A stretch of DNA of 64,000 bases from an uncultured Acidimicrobiia bacterium. GTDB lineage: Bacteria; Actinomycetota; Acidimicrobiia; Acidimicrobiales; AC-14. Positions 18,973 through 29,805 of this stretch are shown here, piece by piece. Under the pieces are notes generated by a model that did not search any database, had not been told where the DNA came from, and was given only the letters and a program-made list of their open reading frames with translations. Each line of letters begins with the position of its first letter. Within the stretch, counting starts at the first letter, position 1. The stretch spans positions 423,323 to 487,322 of the forward strand of contig CAWIIV010000015.1 of the NCBI GenBank assembly GCA_963836205.1, given 5' to 3'. A program made the translations under genes and the position numbers.

Positions 18973-21150
18973 TTACTGCCCCTGACCCTCTCCCAGCTGT
19001 AGCGGCACCGGGTGCGTCTCCGCCGCCGTCGTTCGAGTCTCACCGTCGATCTGATGCTTCCGCAGCGGGAGCTGGGCGATGCCCAGACTGGCCAGCATCG
19101 AGGACACCCAGATCAACGTGGCCGGGACAATCCCGATGACGGCGGCCAGGGCACCGCCGATGACGACGACGCCCTGGCCGACCGAGACCACGTATCCCGC
19201 TTTCATGTTGGCATCGAACTCGTTCGCCAATTGCAGCACGAACGGCAACTGCGCAAGCCCTTGACCGGTCAGAACGATCTGGGCCGAATCGGTGGCCGCG
19301 GTCGAGGCCCCGCGCAGTGAGATCGAGACGTTCGCTTTCTTCAACGAAATGGAGTCGTTGATCCCATCCCCCACGAAGCAGACCCGGCGACCCTCCGACT
19401 GCAATTGCGCGACCAGACTGGCCTTCTCCTCGGGGAACGTGTTGGAGAAGTAGCGGGAAATGCCGAGCTCGCCAGCCAACTTGCTCGTGGGCTCTTCCTG
19501 ATCGCCCGAGATGATGATGATGTCGAGTTGGCGCCGGCGGAGGTCGTCCAGCACCGCCTTGACCTCGGGCCGAAGCGTCGTCTGCAACTCGATCGCACCG
19601 ACCAGCTGATCGTCGACGGCAACCATGATCAGCGAATGGCCCTGCTCGTGGCTCGCTTCCAGCGCGGCTTGGATGGTGGCCGGTATGGCGATCGACTCCA
19701 AGGCCATGTAACGGTCGCTCCCGACCCGGATGAGCCGGTCGTCGAGCTGAACGCTCAACCCGTAACCCATCTGGTACTGCGCACCACCGACGTCCGGCAG
19801 AGAGATGCCCCGCGTGGTCGCTTCGGTGAGAATGGCGCGGGCAATGGGGTGCGTCTGGCGATGCTCGGCCGCGGCCGCGTACCGCAACACGGTCTCGGCA
19901 TTGTCTTCGGCACAGGTATGGATGGCGGCGATCTCCGGCTCGTCGAGCGTCAACGTGCCCGTCTTGTCGAAGATGACGGTGTCGACGTCCTTCAGCAGCT
20001 CCAACGACCGGCCGTCCTTCACCAGAATTCCGTGGTCGGCGGCCACGTTCAAGAAGTTCAGCATTGCGATCGGCGCGGTGAGGCGCACGTTCAGGCCGAT
20101 GCCGGCGCCCAGGATCGTCACCACGTAGCGATAGCCGGCGAGGGGCAAGGCGAGGAGGGCCAAGACCATCGTCGGCCCTACTGACTTGTCGGCCACCTGC
20201 TCGCCTCTCGACACGATGCTGGCCTGATACGACGCAGTGTTGTTCAGGATGAACCCGACTTGCGCGGCGGCCGTCTCCTCACCGGTTTTCGCGACCTCGA
20301 CGTTGACCTTTCCCGCCAACATCAAGGTGCCGGCGAGGACTTGGTCGCCCTCGCCCTTTTCCGCGGGCTGCGATTCGCCGGTGAGCATGTGCTGGTCGAT
20401 GGTGGCGATGCCACCGACGATGACGCCATCGACGGGGATCGCCTGTCCGGCGTGGACGACCACGATGTCTCCGCCCTGGAGGGAGTCCACCGGGACTTCC
20501 ACCTCGACAGTGTCCACGAGCTGCCAGGCGGTTCGCGGCTGCTCGCCGAAGATCTTGATGAGGCTTTGTTGCGAGCGACGTTGGGTCATTGTGACCAACT
20601 TCTCGCTCAGGTAGTAGGCGAGCAGGGCAAAGGACCCGGCGAGAACGAAACCGCCGACGAAGACACCCAAGAAGTGGAGCGACAGCATCACGCTCATCGT
20701 CAACTTGTGCTCGTGAACCAGCGCGTTGAGGCCATGCCGGAAGATCCGAACGCCGCCGTACAGCCCGGCGCCCAACGCCAGAACTGAGAGCGGCGGGAAG
20801 AAGATGCTTCCGATGGCGGCGCCGATACTCACCGCGGAGGCGCCCACATAGCGGTTGAGTTGGCGTTCGTCCTCGGTCATCACCGAGGAACCGTCGCTGG
20901 TCGTCAACCGCGCCAGCTCTTCCTGTGGCATCCGACCGAACATCGGATCGACCCTCTCCACCATGAACCCCTGGTAATGGCGGTCCAGTGCCTTGAGCGC
21001 TCCCGGCGACCGGTCAGCCGTCTCCTCCTCGAACTCCCGTACCGCCTCCTGCACTCCCGAGAGGACCTCCTTGCACAGGTCCTTGAACCACCGTTCCAGG
21101 CGGCCGCGACCACTCGCCCGTCGACCGACCACAGGAAGCGGCCGCGACAT
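18973..21150 (-). CDS. P1B-type (heavy-metal-like) P-type ATPase lacking the CPx motif
   Basis: LTGES, DKTGTLT, HP, VGDGIND. Confidence 0.9.
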   Translation of the reverse strand: MSRPLPVVGRRASGRGRLERWFKDLCKEVLSGVQEAVREFEEETADRSPGALKALDRHYQGFMVERVDPMFGRMPQEELARLTTSDGSSVMTEDERQLNRYVGASAVSIGAAIGSIFFPPLSVLALGAGLYGGVRIFRHGLNALVHEHKLTMSVMLSLHFLGVFVGGFVLAGSFALLAYYLSEKLVTMTQRRSQQSLIKIFGEQPRTAWQLVDTVEVEVPVDSLQGGDIVVVHAGQAIPVDGVIVGGIATIDQHMLTGESQPAEKGEGDQVLAGTLMLAGKVNVEVAKTGEETAAAQVGFILNNTASYQASIVSRGEQVADKSVGPTMVLALLALPLAGYRYVVTILGAGIGLNVRLTAPIAMLNFLNVAADHGILVKDGRSLELLKDVDTVIFDKTGTLTLDEPEIAAIHTCAEDNAETVLRYAAAAEHRQTHPIARAILTEATTRGISLPDVGGAQYQMGYGLSVQLDDRLIRVGSDRYMALESIAIPATIQAALEASHEQGHSLIMVAVDDQLVGAIELQTTLRPEVKAVLDDLRRRQLDIIIISGDQEEPTSKLAGELGISRYFSNTFPEEKASLVAQLQSEGRRVCFVGDGINDSISLKKANVSISLRGASTAATDSAQIVLTGQGLAQLPFVLQLANEFDANMKAGYVVSVGQGVVVIGGALAAVIGIVPATLIWVSSMLASLGIAQLPLRKHQIDGETRTTAAETHPVPLQLGEGQGQ

Positions 21151-21365
21151 CAACTTCCCCCCTTCTCACTCAGGGCACCGGTCGGCATCGTGGCGTAGAC
21201 GCTACGCCCCCGCCACCGCGCCGATGCCACGGTCTCTCCGAACCGGCCCGCTCCCGCGCCTTCGGCTCCGTCGGAGATCGCCTGCGGAAAGTGTTAGGTC
21301 GGCGCGCTGACGCGGCTCCTTCAGGCGACGGGTGGAGCTGCCACCCGAACCGAATGGAGGACGCG

Positions 21366-21689
21366 ATGAGTCGCAAGGGAGTTCCGTTCCTGCTGGCGAG
21401 CATGACGCTGGCCGCAACCGTGCTGGCCCCACAGGCCGCGGGGGCGACCGAGTCCCGGAGGTCGCAATCGACCGGGAGTCCGGGTGCCGAGCGCACGACG
21501 TCGCAGGCCATGGTCCCGACCGGACGCCAGCTGCCCCCGGTCGGCGGTCAGAAGGGGCTCGCCGACTGTGCCGAGGGGCACCACCTGTCGCCGTTCGAGA
21601 TGCCGATCTACGACGACGACGGGCTCTTCGTCATCGGCCACGAGACCGTGTGGGTCTGCATTCCGGACGACCTCGAGCCCGCGGGCTAG
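21366..21689 (+). CDS. Small secreted hypothetical protein
   Basis: GGAGG RBS, signal peptide, two Cys. Confidence 0.6.
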   Translation: MSRKGVPFLLASMTLAATVLAPQAAGATESRRSQSTGSPGAERTTSQAMVPTGRQLPPVGGQKGLADCAEGHHLSPFEMPIYDDDGLFVIGHETVWVCIPDDLEPAG

Positions 21690-21709
21690 AGGGGATGCCC
21701 CGGCCGTGG

Positions 21710-21734
21710 CGGCCTCACCGGACCGGTGAGGCCG
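21710..21734 (+). terminator. Hairpin after the secreted protein gene
   Basis: CGGCCTCACCG-GAC-CGGTGAGGCCG. Confidence 0.5.
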
Positions 21735-21850
21735 ACGGGCCGCCGTCCTCCGATTCCCCCGGCAAGTGGCCGGCAGGGCTCCGGCAGGGGCCGCGGCGCA
21801 GGGTGAGGGCGACCGAAGGATCGGTCCCGCCGACGCCGAAGGAGATTCCC

Positions 21851-22087
21851 ATGGCCTCTTCCCACACCCGCCGAGCCGCCCTTGCCCTCGCCCTGTTGAC
21901 CGCGCCGATCGTGTCGCTGGCGGCACCGGCCAACGCCGACACCTACCACCCCCGCCTGTCCACCGGCGGCTGCATCACGGGCATCGCCGACACCCACAAC
22001 GGCCAGCCCGTGTGCCGGGTCATCGGCGGTCACACCACGATGATCATCGTCGGCGACGTCGGGGGCGACACCTGGCCCGGCTGGTGA
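21851..22087 (+). CDS. Small secreted hypothetical protein (78 aa)
   Basis: AAGGAG RBS, signal peptide ending ANA-D, two Cys. Confidence 0.6.
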   Translation: MASSHTRRAALALALLTAPIVSLAAPANADTYHPRLSTGGCITGIADTHNGQPVCRVIGGHTTMIIVGDVGGDTWPGW

Positions 22088-22100
22088 TTTGCCGGGTGCC

Positions 22101-23501
22101 TCAGCCCCGGATGCAGTCGAGGAGGCTGTTGACGCCGGCCGCCTGATTGATGGCGAAGGCGCAGATGGTGCGCATACCGGTGGACGTGCCGGGGAAGAAC
22201 GCCTCGAACCCGTGCTCGGGCCCGTAGACCGGACGACGGCTTCGACATCGAGCCGGGTCTGGTTGGCAGGCGTCGACCCCAGGAAGGCGCCATCGACGTA
22301 CACGTAGACCGTGACCGGGCCGGCCACGTCCGGGTCGATCGCCCATCCCCTGACCGCGGTGCCCGACTGCCCCATCGACATGGCCACCTGGAGCGATCCC
22401 ATCGGGTCGAACGCCACCCAGACGACCTTGCACCCGAGCAGTTGGTTGGCGCCGGCGCCCTGGTTGAGGGCGAAGGTGCAGACGTTGTGGTTCCCGGCAC
22501 TCACCGGGACGACGCCTTGGTACCCGTGGCTGTCGCCCGTACCCGGGTAGGCGCCGCCGACATCGGGCCGCAGCCGGTTGGCGGCCAGGGCCTGGCGGAA
22601 GGTCCCGTCGACATAGACGTACACGGCCACCGGGCCGGCGGTGTCGGGATCGATCGCCCAGCCCGACACCAGCACGCCCCCCGGGCGGCGGCCGACCGTG
22701 TCCAGTGAGCCGTAGGGGTCGGACGCGACCACGACGCTCCGGCAGCAGATCAGGGTGTCGACACCGGCGCCCTGGTTGACGGCGTGGGCGCACACCGAGT
22801 GGTTCCCTCCCCCCAGCGACAACGTGGCCGCGAACCCGCGCCCGTCGGGCCGGCCGACGTCGGGTCGGGGCTGGTCGGCCACCACCGTCGAGCGCGCCGT
22901 ACCGTCCACCTGGATCCGGACCGAGACCGGAGCCGAGGCGTCGGGTCGGGCGAACCATCAGCGTTGTAGCGAGCCACAGAGACGTCGGGCCCGTCCTTGC
23001 CGGCGACGACGACCCGGCCGTCGGGCAGGATCGCCAGCGCCACGCCGCGGCCACCGTCCGACCGGCCCCCCAGCACGGGTCGAGTTGGCCGTCGGCCAGG
23101 AGGCGCACGGTCTGGGCGAGGGTGGTGACCAGGATGCGACCGTCGGACTGGATGGCCAGGCCGTCGACCGTGGGCTGGGCCAGGCGGGGCAGCAGGAGCT
23201 GGCCGTCGACGCCGAAGGTGGGGTCGGGGCGGCCGTCGGGCCGGAAGCGGTTGACGACCATGTCGGTGTGGCCATTCGGCCGCCGGGCGCCGCCGCCCAC
23301 GACCACCGAGCCTTCGGCCTGGACCGCCACCGCCCCGCCCCGGTCGATCGGCCCGATGTCGACGACCACCTTGCCCCCGGCGAAGGCCACGTCGAGGCCA
23401 ATGGTCTCGGCCTCCGCCGCGGGTGTGCCGGCGACGAGCGTCAGGGCGCCGACGAGCACGGCGACCGCCAACCGCCGGGCGGTACGTGACTGGCTGACCA
23501 T
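22101..23501 (-). pseudogene. Secreted delta-60-repeat plus GWAIDPD-repeat protein, multiply frameshifted or internally deleted
   Basis: AIQSDGRIL, DGRPDPTFG; repeated GWAIDPD..GPV.VYVYVDG and CAFAINQ units spread over three frames. Confidence 0.65.
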
Positions 23502-23795
23502 GCGCACGCCGATCTGCGCCCCGTCGGGGCGTCGTTCCGCTATCGACGGTCCATCGGCCGACCTTGAGCGCCGCCTGCCGGACGATTGTCGTCGGCCGTC
23601 GCCGGGAATGGGGACCCGTAGGAGCGAGACCCACGACCCGCGAGCCGTGGCCGTCACCCCGTCCGTCGTCATCGTGGCGGCCCGGGACGGACCCGGAGAG
23701 ATACATCGGCGTTTCGGGACATCGGGGCCGCGTAACGGCGGGGGTCCGAGGACGGACGGAGCGTCGACCGTCGAGCGAGAGACCGGAGGGCCCCG

Positions 23796-24254
23796 ATGCG
23801 CAGGATCCGCCACACGATTGCCGCCATCGCCTGCATCGTCGTCGTCGGGCTGGCGACGGCCGGTCCGGCCCTGGCCGCGCCGGCGGACAAGCCCGTCGTC
23901 ACCGTCGGCCGCCTCGACGTGTACGACAGCGGCGGCGTCTCACCCGACACCTGGCGGACCTACGTGAAGGTGCCCGTCGCCGGCTACAACTTCACGCCCG
24001 GCGGCAACGTGTACGTGACCTTCCAGGACCTCTCCGCAGGCACGCCCGCAATCTCCGGCGAGTGGATCAGGTCGGGCACCGGGCCGTGCGGGTTCGAGTG
24101 CAACACCTACGGCAAGATCTCGTACAGCCGCACGCTGAACTTCGAGTACCTCAGCGTGTGCGGGCACTGGCTCCGGGTGTGGGCGTGGGACCAGGTCAAG
24201 AGCCCGCAGGCGGGGTACGGCTGGTCGTCGCGCGACGTCCAGGTCGCCTGCTGA
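23796..24254 (+). CDS. Secreted hypothetical protein
   Basis: GGAGG RBS, signal peptide ALA-A, four Cys. Confidence 0.65.
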   Translation: MRRIRHTIAAIACIVVVGLATAGPALAAPADKPVVTVGRLDVYDSGGVSPDTWRTYVKVPVAGYNFTPGGNVYVTFQDLSAGTPAISGEWIRSGTGPCGFECNTYGKISYSRTLNFEYLSVCGHWLRVWAWDQVKSPQAGYGWSSRDVQVAC

Positions 24255-24277
24255 GCCGGCGCCAGCGCCGAAAGCAG

Positions 24278-24381
24278 GTCAGAAGTCGGGCGTTCCTCGG
24301 AGTCCGGGGGAAGGGGACGAGGTCGCGACGCGGCTGCGTTTGGGGGGCCGGGTCTTGGCCTTGTCCGACTTCTCGTGGCGC
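24278..24381 (-). pseudogene. Collapsed remnant of a second glnS-asnS operon
   Basis: Encodes [18 protein letters not shown] (compare glnS ~26955-27010) fused to [15 protein letters not shown] (compare asnS 3' end 24995-25042). Confidence 0.8.
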
Positions 24382-24579
24382 GCCGCGCCGGCGGTCGCCG
24401 CGGGAGAGGCCCGCGGCTGCACTCGTCGGCGGCTGGTGGTGGTGGTGGAGAACTACATCGGCTTCGGGTGTCGGCTCCACCGGGAGGGAAACGACGGCCT
24501 TGGGGAGTCTGCGGACGGGAGCGGTGCGTGGCCATCTCGGCGATGAACGGAGCGGCGTCATGACCACGGCGATGCACAG

Positions 24580-24983
24580 GTACCGGCGGCGACGACGCGA
24601 TCTCGGTACTTTCTGGGGTCGGCTTCTTCGAAACGGAGAAGGAGGCCGAGGCCGGGTTCGCGCCGTTGGACGCGCCGGAGTTCGGCCCCTGCCTCGAGGA
24701 CGCGTTCCGCGCCTCCTTCGAGGACGTCAGCGACGAGGCCACCATCGACGTCGCCGTGTCCGAAGTGCCGACCGGAGGGTCGGCTGACGAATCGGTCTGT
24801 TACCGGGTGGTGGTATCTGCGTTCGGCCCTGTCGGGGCGCGGACCGGATACCTCGACTTCGTCTTCTTCAGGGTGGGCCGGGCCGCGGCCACCATCGGTG
24901 CCTTCAGTGTGACCGAGCCGTTCGACCCCGACGAGCGGGACCGTCTCTCGGAGATCGTCATCCACCGACTCCGCGACGCCTGA
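24580..24983 (+). pseudogene. 5'-truncated extracellular sensor/lipoprotein-like fragment
   Basis: Open frame TGGDDAISVLSGVGFF...CLEDAF...FFRVGRAAA without a convincing start. Confidence 0.4.
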
Positions 24984-24994
24984 CGACACCTTCG

Positions 24995-26392
24995 TCAGAA
25001 GTCGGCGTTCCTCGGTGTTCTCGGGAACGGGATCAGGTCGCGCACGTTGGTCATGCCGGTGATGTAGGCCATCGTCCGCTCGAAGCCGAGGCCGAAGCCG
25101 GCGTGGGGGACGGTGCCGTAGCGGCGCAGGTCGCGGTACCACCAGTAGGCGTCCCGGTCGAGGCCGACCTCGTCGAGGCGGCGGTCGAGGACGTCGAGGC
25201 GCTCCTCCCGCTGGCTGCCGCCGATGATCTCACCGATCCCGGGCGCGAGGACGTCCATGGCCGCCACCGTGCGGCCGTCGTCGTTGACCCGCATGTAGAA
25301 GGCCTTGATGTCCTTCGGGTAGTTCATGACCACCACCGGGCGGCCGACCAGTTGCTCGGTGAGGTGGCGCTCGTGCTCCGACTGGAGGTCCATCCCCCAG
25401 GCGACGGGGAACTCGAAGCGCACGCCGTCGTCGACCGCCCGGGCCAGGGCGGCGACCGCGTCGGTGTACTCCATGCGCTCGAAGGTGGACTCCACCAGCC
25501 GCTCCACCCGGCCGATGCAGTCGGGGTCGATGCGCTCGGCGAAGAAGGCCATGTCGTCGGCCCGCTCGTCGAGCACCGCCCGGCACACGTGGCGGAGGCA
25601 GGCCTCGGCCAGGTCGGCGTCGTCGGACAGGTCGGCGAAGGCGATCTCGGGTTCGACCATCCAGAACTCGGCCAGGTGGCGGGCGGTGTTGGAGTTCTCG
25701 GCCCGGAACGTGGGGCCGAACGTGTAGACCCGGCTCAGGGCCAGGCAGTAGGCCTCCACGTTGAGCTGGCCCGACACGGTGAGGTGGGTCTCCCGGCCGA
25801 AGAAGTCGTCGGCGAAGTTGCGGTCGTTGACCTGGTCGAGCGTGGACACCCGGAACATCTTGCCCGCCCCCTCGGCGTCGTTGGCCGTGATGATCGGGGT
25901 GTGGACCCAGAAGAAGCCCTGCTCGTCGAAGAAGCGGTGGACGGCCATCGCCAGGCAGTGGCGCACCCGGGCGACGGCGCCGAAGGTGTTGGTGCGGGGC
26001 CGGAGGTGGGCGACCTCCCGCAGGTACTCGAACGAGTGGTGCTTGGGGGCCAACGGGTAGGTCTCGGGATCGGCCACCCACCCCACGACGTCCACCGCCT
26101 CGGCCTGGATCTCGACCGCCTGGCCCTTGCCCTTGGACTCGGCCAGGGTGCCGGTGACGACCACCGAGCAGCCGGTGGTGAGGCGGGCGACCTCGCTCTC
26201 GAAGTTGGGCAGCGGGCTGCGGGCGACGACCTGGATAGGGTCGAAACACGACCCGTCGTGGACGGTGAGGAAGGCCAGTCCCCCGCCCGCCTTCGACTCC
26301 CGCCGGTTCCGGACCCAGCCCTTGACCACCACCGCCGTCCCGACCGGGACCCGCCCGGTGAGGGCGTCGACCACCCGCACCGGCTCGGTCAC
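24995..26392 (-). CDS. asnS: Asparagine--tRNA ligase
   Basis: OB fold [51 protein letters not shown]. Confidence 0.96.
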   Translation of the reverse strand: MTEPVRVVDALTGRVPVGTAVVVKGWVRNRRESKAGGGLAFLTVHDGSCFDPIQVVARSPLPNFESEVARLTTGCSVVVTGTLAESKGKGQAVEIQAEAVDVVGWVADPETYPLAPKHHSFEYLREVAHLRPRTNTFGAVARVRHCLAMAVHRFFDEQGFFWVHTPIITANDAEGAGKMFRVSTLDQVNDRNFADDFFGRETHLTVSGQLNVEAYCLALSRVYTFGPTFRAENSNTARHLAEFWMVEPEIAFADLSDDADLAEACLRHVCRAVLDERADDMAFFAERIDPDCIGRVERLVESTFERMEYTDAVAALARAVDDGVRFEFPVAWGMDLQSEHERHLTEQLVGRPVVVMNYPKDIKAFYMRVNDDGRTVAAMDVLAPGIGEIIGGSQREERLDVLDRRLDEVGLDRDAYWWYRDLRRYGTVPHAGFGLGFERTMAYITGMTNVRDLIPFPRTPRNADF

Positions 26393-28722
26393 CGGAGCCG
26401 CTCGGTCAGCAGCTTCTGCACCACCTGGGGGTTGGCGTTCCCGCGGGAGGCCTTGATGACCTGGCCGACGAAGAAGCCGAACAAAGCCGTCTTGCCGCCG
26501 AGGTAGGCGGCCACCTTGTCCGGGTTGGCGGTGACAACCTCGTCGACGAGGGTCGCGATGGCGCCCTCGTCGCTCACCTGGACCAGGCCCCGGTCGGCGA
26601 TGATCCGCTCGGGCGTCCGGCCCCGCTTCACCATCTCGGCCAGGACCTCCTTGCCCGCGGCACCCGTGATCGCCCCCGACTCGACCGCCGTGACCAGTGC
26701 CGCCAGTCCTTTGCCGGTGATGGGCACGTCCTTGAGCTCCCGGTCGCCCAGGGCGGACGGGAGCTCGTTGATGATCCATCGGGCCACCGCCGGCGCCGAG
26801 CCGCCGGCGGTGACGGCGTCGACGAACACGTCGCCGGTGGCACGGTCGCCCGTGAGGAGGTCGGCGTCGGCCTCGGAGATGCCGTGCTCGGCGGGCCACG
26901 CGGCCAGGCGGGCGGCCAGCACCGGCTCCCGCAGGCGGGCCTCGGCCCGGTACTCCACCCGGCTGCGCTTGGGGGGCCGGGTCTTGGCCTTGTCCGACTT
27001 CTCCCGGCGCTCGGCGGCCACGGGAGCGTCGGCGGGGGCCGACCACGAGTCCCGGAGGGTGACGATGCGGTTGAGCACGGGCGCTCCCGGCCGCGAGTCC
27101 TGGGCGTCGACCACGAAGTAGCCGACCCGCTCGAGCTGCCACCGGCTGCCGGGCTCGGCGTCGGCCAAGCTCGGTTCGAGCACGGCGCCGGTGACGACCT
27201 GGAGGGAATCGGGGTTGAGGTGGTCGGCGAGGTCGCCGTCGGCCTCCTCCGGCCGGGGCACCGTGAACAGCCGGTCGTACAGCCGGACCTCGGCCGGCAC
27301 CGCCTGCGCCGCCGCCACCCAGTGGACCACCCCCCACACCTTGAGATCGGGCGGGTTGTGGCCGACGGTGTCGGGGACGTGATGGCAGCGCAGCTCGACC
27401 ACCTCGCCGCCATCCTCGACCACCTCGTCGCACGTGATGCAGTACCCGTGGCGCAGGCGTACCGTGCGCCCGGGGGCCAGCCGCTGGTAGCCGGCGGGAG
27501 GGTCGAGGGCGAAGTCGTCCCGGTCGATCCACAGCGCGCGCCCGAACGGCAGCGACCGCTCCCCCGGCTGGCCCACGTCGGCCGGGAAGTACGGGGCGAT
27601 CAGCGTCTCCACCTCGTCGTCGGGCCACGACGTGATGGTCACCCTGAGCGGGCGGAGCACGCCGAGGACCCGGGGCGCGATCCAGTTGAGGTCGTCGCGG
27701 ACGCAGTACTCGAGCTTGGCCAGGTCGACGGTGGAGTTGACCTTCGCCACGCCGATGAGGTCGGCGAAGGCCCGAATCGCCTCCGGCCGGTAGCCCCGCC
27801 GGCCCATCCCCGCGATCGTCGGCATGCGGGGGTCGTCCCAGCCGGCCACGTGGCCGTCGTCCACCAGCCGCAGCAGCTTGCGCTTGCTGAGCACGGTGTA
27901 GTCGAGGTTGAGGCGGGCGAACTCGATCTGCTGGGGCCGACTGAACCGGTGGCGCTCGGAGACGCCGGTGTGGTCGATCACCCAGTCGTACAGCTCCCGG
28001 TTGTTCTCGAACTCGAGCGTGCAGAGGGAGTGGGTGACGCCCTCGACGGCGTCGGAGATCGGGTGGGCGTAGTCGTACATGGGGTAGATGGGCCAGGCGT
28101 CGCCGGTGCGGTGGTGGAAGGCGTGGCGGATCCGGTAGAGGAGAGGGTCGCGCAGCTTCATGTTGGGCGCGGCCAGGTCGATCCGGGCCCGGAGGACGCA
28201 GGCGCCGTCGGGGAGGTCGCCGGCCCGCATCTGGCGGAAGAGGGCCAGGTTCTCCTCGACGGGTCGGTCCCGGTAGGGCGACGGCCGGCCCGGCTCCCGC
28301 AGGCTGCCCCGGTACTCCTTGATCTCGTCGTCGCTCAGGTGGTCGACGTAGGCGTCGCCGGCCCGCACGAGGTCCTCGGCCAGGTCGTACATCTCGCCGA
28401 AGTAGTCGGAGGCGAACAGGGCGCGGTCGCCGAACGAGAACCCGAGCCACTGGACGTCGCGCTCGATCGACTCGACGTACTCGACGTCCTCCTTCTCCGG
28501 GTTGGTGTCGTCGAAGCGGAGGTTGCACTGCGAGCCGAACTCCTCGGCGATCCCGAAGTTGAGGCAGATCGACTTGGCGTGGCCGATGTGGAGGTAGCCG
28601 TTGGGCTCGGGGGGGAAGCGGGTGACGACCCGGCCGCCGTGCCTGCCGGTGCGGAGGTCGGCCTCGACGATGTCGCGGATGAAGTCCGACCGCGCCGCCT
28701 CGGCGCGCGCGTCGCTGGTCAC
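26389..28722 (-). CDS. glnS: Glutamine--tRNA ligase with C-terminal GatB/YqeY domain
   Basis: [40 protein letters not shown]; tail [17 protein letters not shown]. Confidence 0.95.
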   Translation of the reverse strand: MTSDARAEAARSDFIRDIVEADLRTGRHGGRVVTRFPPEPNGYLHIGHAKSICLNFGIAEEFGSQCNLRFDDTNPEKEDVEYVESIERDVQWLGFSFGDRALFASDYFGEMYDLAEDLVRAGDAYVDHLSDDEIKEYRGSLREPGRPSPYRDRPVEENLALFRQMRAGDLPDGACVLRARIDLAAPNMKLRDPLLYRIRHAFHHRTGDAWPIYPMYDYAHPISDAVEGVTHSLCTLEFENNRELYDWVIDHTGVSERHRFSRPQQIEFARLNLDYTVLSKRKLLRLVDDGHVAGWDDPRMPTIAGMGRRGYRPEAIRAFADLIGVAKVNSTVDLAKLEYCVRDDLNWIAPRVLGVLRPLRVTITSWPDDEVETLIAPYFPADVGQPGERSLPFGRALWIDRDDFALDPPAGYQRLAPGRTVRLRHGYCITCDEVVEDGGEVVELRCHHVPDTVGHNPPDLKVWGVVHWVAAAQAVPAEVRLYDRLFTVPRPEEADGDLADHLNPDSLQVVTGAVLEPSLADAEPGSRWQLERVGYFVVDAQDSRPGAPVLNRIVTLRDSWSAPADAPVAAERREKSDKAKTRPPKRSRVEYRAEARLREPVLAARLAAWPAEHGISEADADLLTGDRATGDVFVDAVTAGGSAPAVARWIINELPSALGDRELKDVPITGKGLAALVTAVESGAITGAAGKEVLAEMVKRGRTPERIIADRGLVQVSDEGAIATLVDEVVTANPDKVAAYLGGKTALFGFFVGQVIKASRGNANPQVVQKLLTERLR

Positions 28723-28776
28723 CCACGCCACTGTACCGACGGCGTTTCGCAGCCCCCGACTGGCTACCTTGCCCTT

Positions 28777-29256
28777 GTGCGCCTGCGTGACGCGACTCCC
28801 GACGACCTGGCCGCCATCTCCGACCTCATCCGGGCGCTGGCCGAGTACGAGGACCGGACCGACGAGGTCGTCTGGACCGACGACGAGCTGCACCAGTCGC
28901 TCTTCGGGCCCGACGCGGTGCCCACGGTGCTCCTGGCCGAGGTCGACGCCGACGGCAGCGGGCCCGTGGTCGCCGGCCTGGCCATCTGGTACCGGACGTA
29001 TTCGAGCTTCCTGGCCCAGCCCGGGATCTGGCTGGAGGATCTGTTCGTACGTCCCGAGTTCCGGGGTCGCGGCCTCGGGCGGGCCCTGGTCGAGCACCTC
29101 TTCGAGCGGGCTGGCCGAGGTCGGGTCGAGTGGGCCGTGCTCGACTGGAACACCCCGTCGATCGAGTTCTACGACTCGCTCGGTGCCCGCCCGGTCGATG
29201 GACGGATCCGGTACCGGTGGCGTCCACGCGACTTTCTGGAGCAAAAGCGACCGTAG
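28777..29256 (+). CDS. GNAT N-acetyltransferase (SSAT-like)
   Basis: [28 protein letters not shown]. Confidence 0.9.
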   Translation: MRLRDATPDDLAAISDLIRALAEYEDRTDEVVWTDDELHQSLFGPDAVPTVLLAEVDADGSGPVVAGLAIWYRTYSSFLAQPGIWLEDLFVRPEFRGRGLGRALVEHLFERAGRGRVEWAVLDWNTPSIEFYDSLGARPVDGRIRYRWRPRDFLEQKRP

Positions 29257-29285
29257 ATGTCGTTTTTGCTCCAGAAGGTGGACGC
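29221..29285. repeat. Long imperfect palindrome (REP-like or terminator)
   Basis: TTCTGGAGCAAAAGCGAC-N7-GTCGTTTTTGCTCCAGAA with outer CGTCCAC/GTGGACG. Confidence 0.6.
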
Positions 29286-29441
29286 GAGGGTGTTACCTCA
29301 TGAGCGCGACGGTGCCGGACTCGCATGCGTAGCTACCGAGATGCGCGGAAGAATCTTTTCGGAGTCTGTCGATTTCGGGCGGACGGGTTCGTGTAGGTGG
29401 CGAAGGGCAGGCACGGTGCCAGCCGACAGAGGAGGAAGACG

Positions 29442-29798
29442 ATGACCCAGTACCTGTTGTCCGTGTACTTCGACGAGAGCGCCGAGCTGCCGTCGGATGA
29501 GGATATGAAGAAGATCTACGCCGACGTCGACGCCCTCAACCAGGAGATCAAGGCGGAGGGTGCCTGGGTGTTCGGCGGCGGACTCCACCCCGCCAGCACC
29601 GCCACCGTGGTCCGGGCCAACGCCGGCGACATCCTCACCACCGACGGCCCCTACGCCGAGGCCAAGGAGCAGCTCGGCGGCTTCTGGATCATCCAGGCGA
29701 CCGACTTGGATGCGGCGCTGGCGTGGGGCAAGAAGGCCACCATCGCCTGCCAGGGACCGGTCGAGGTTCGGCCCTTCCAGGACGAGCCCGAGGCCTGA
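29442..29798 (+). CDS. YciI/DGPF family protein
   Basis: [23 protein letters not shown]. Confidence 0.92.
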   Translation: MTQYLLSVYFDESAELPSDEDMKKIYADVDALNQEIKAEGAWVFGGGLHPASTATVVRANAGDILTTDGPYAEAKEQLGGFWIIQATDLDAALAWGKKATIACQGPVEVRPFQDEPEA

Positions 29799-29805
29799 CC
29801 ACGGC

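Noticed and set aside
24995-28726. 1243-aa ORF suggesting a giant AsnRS fusion
   Set aside because: The upstream 778 codons are an off-frame shadow of glnS; asnS starts at GTG 26392.
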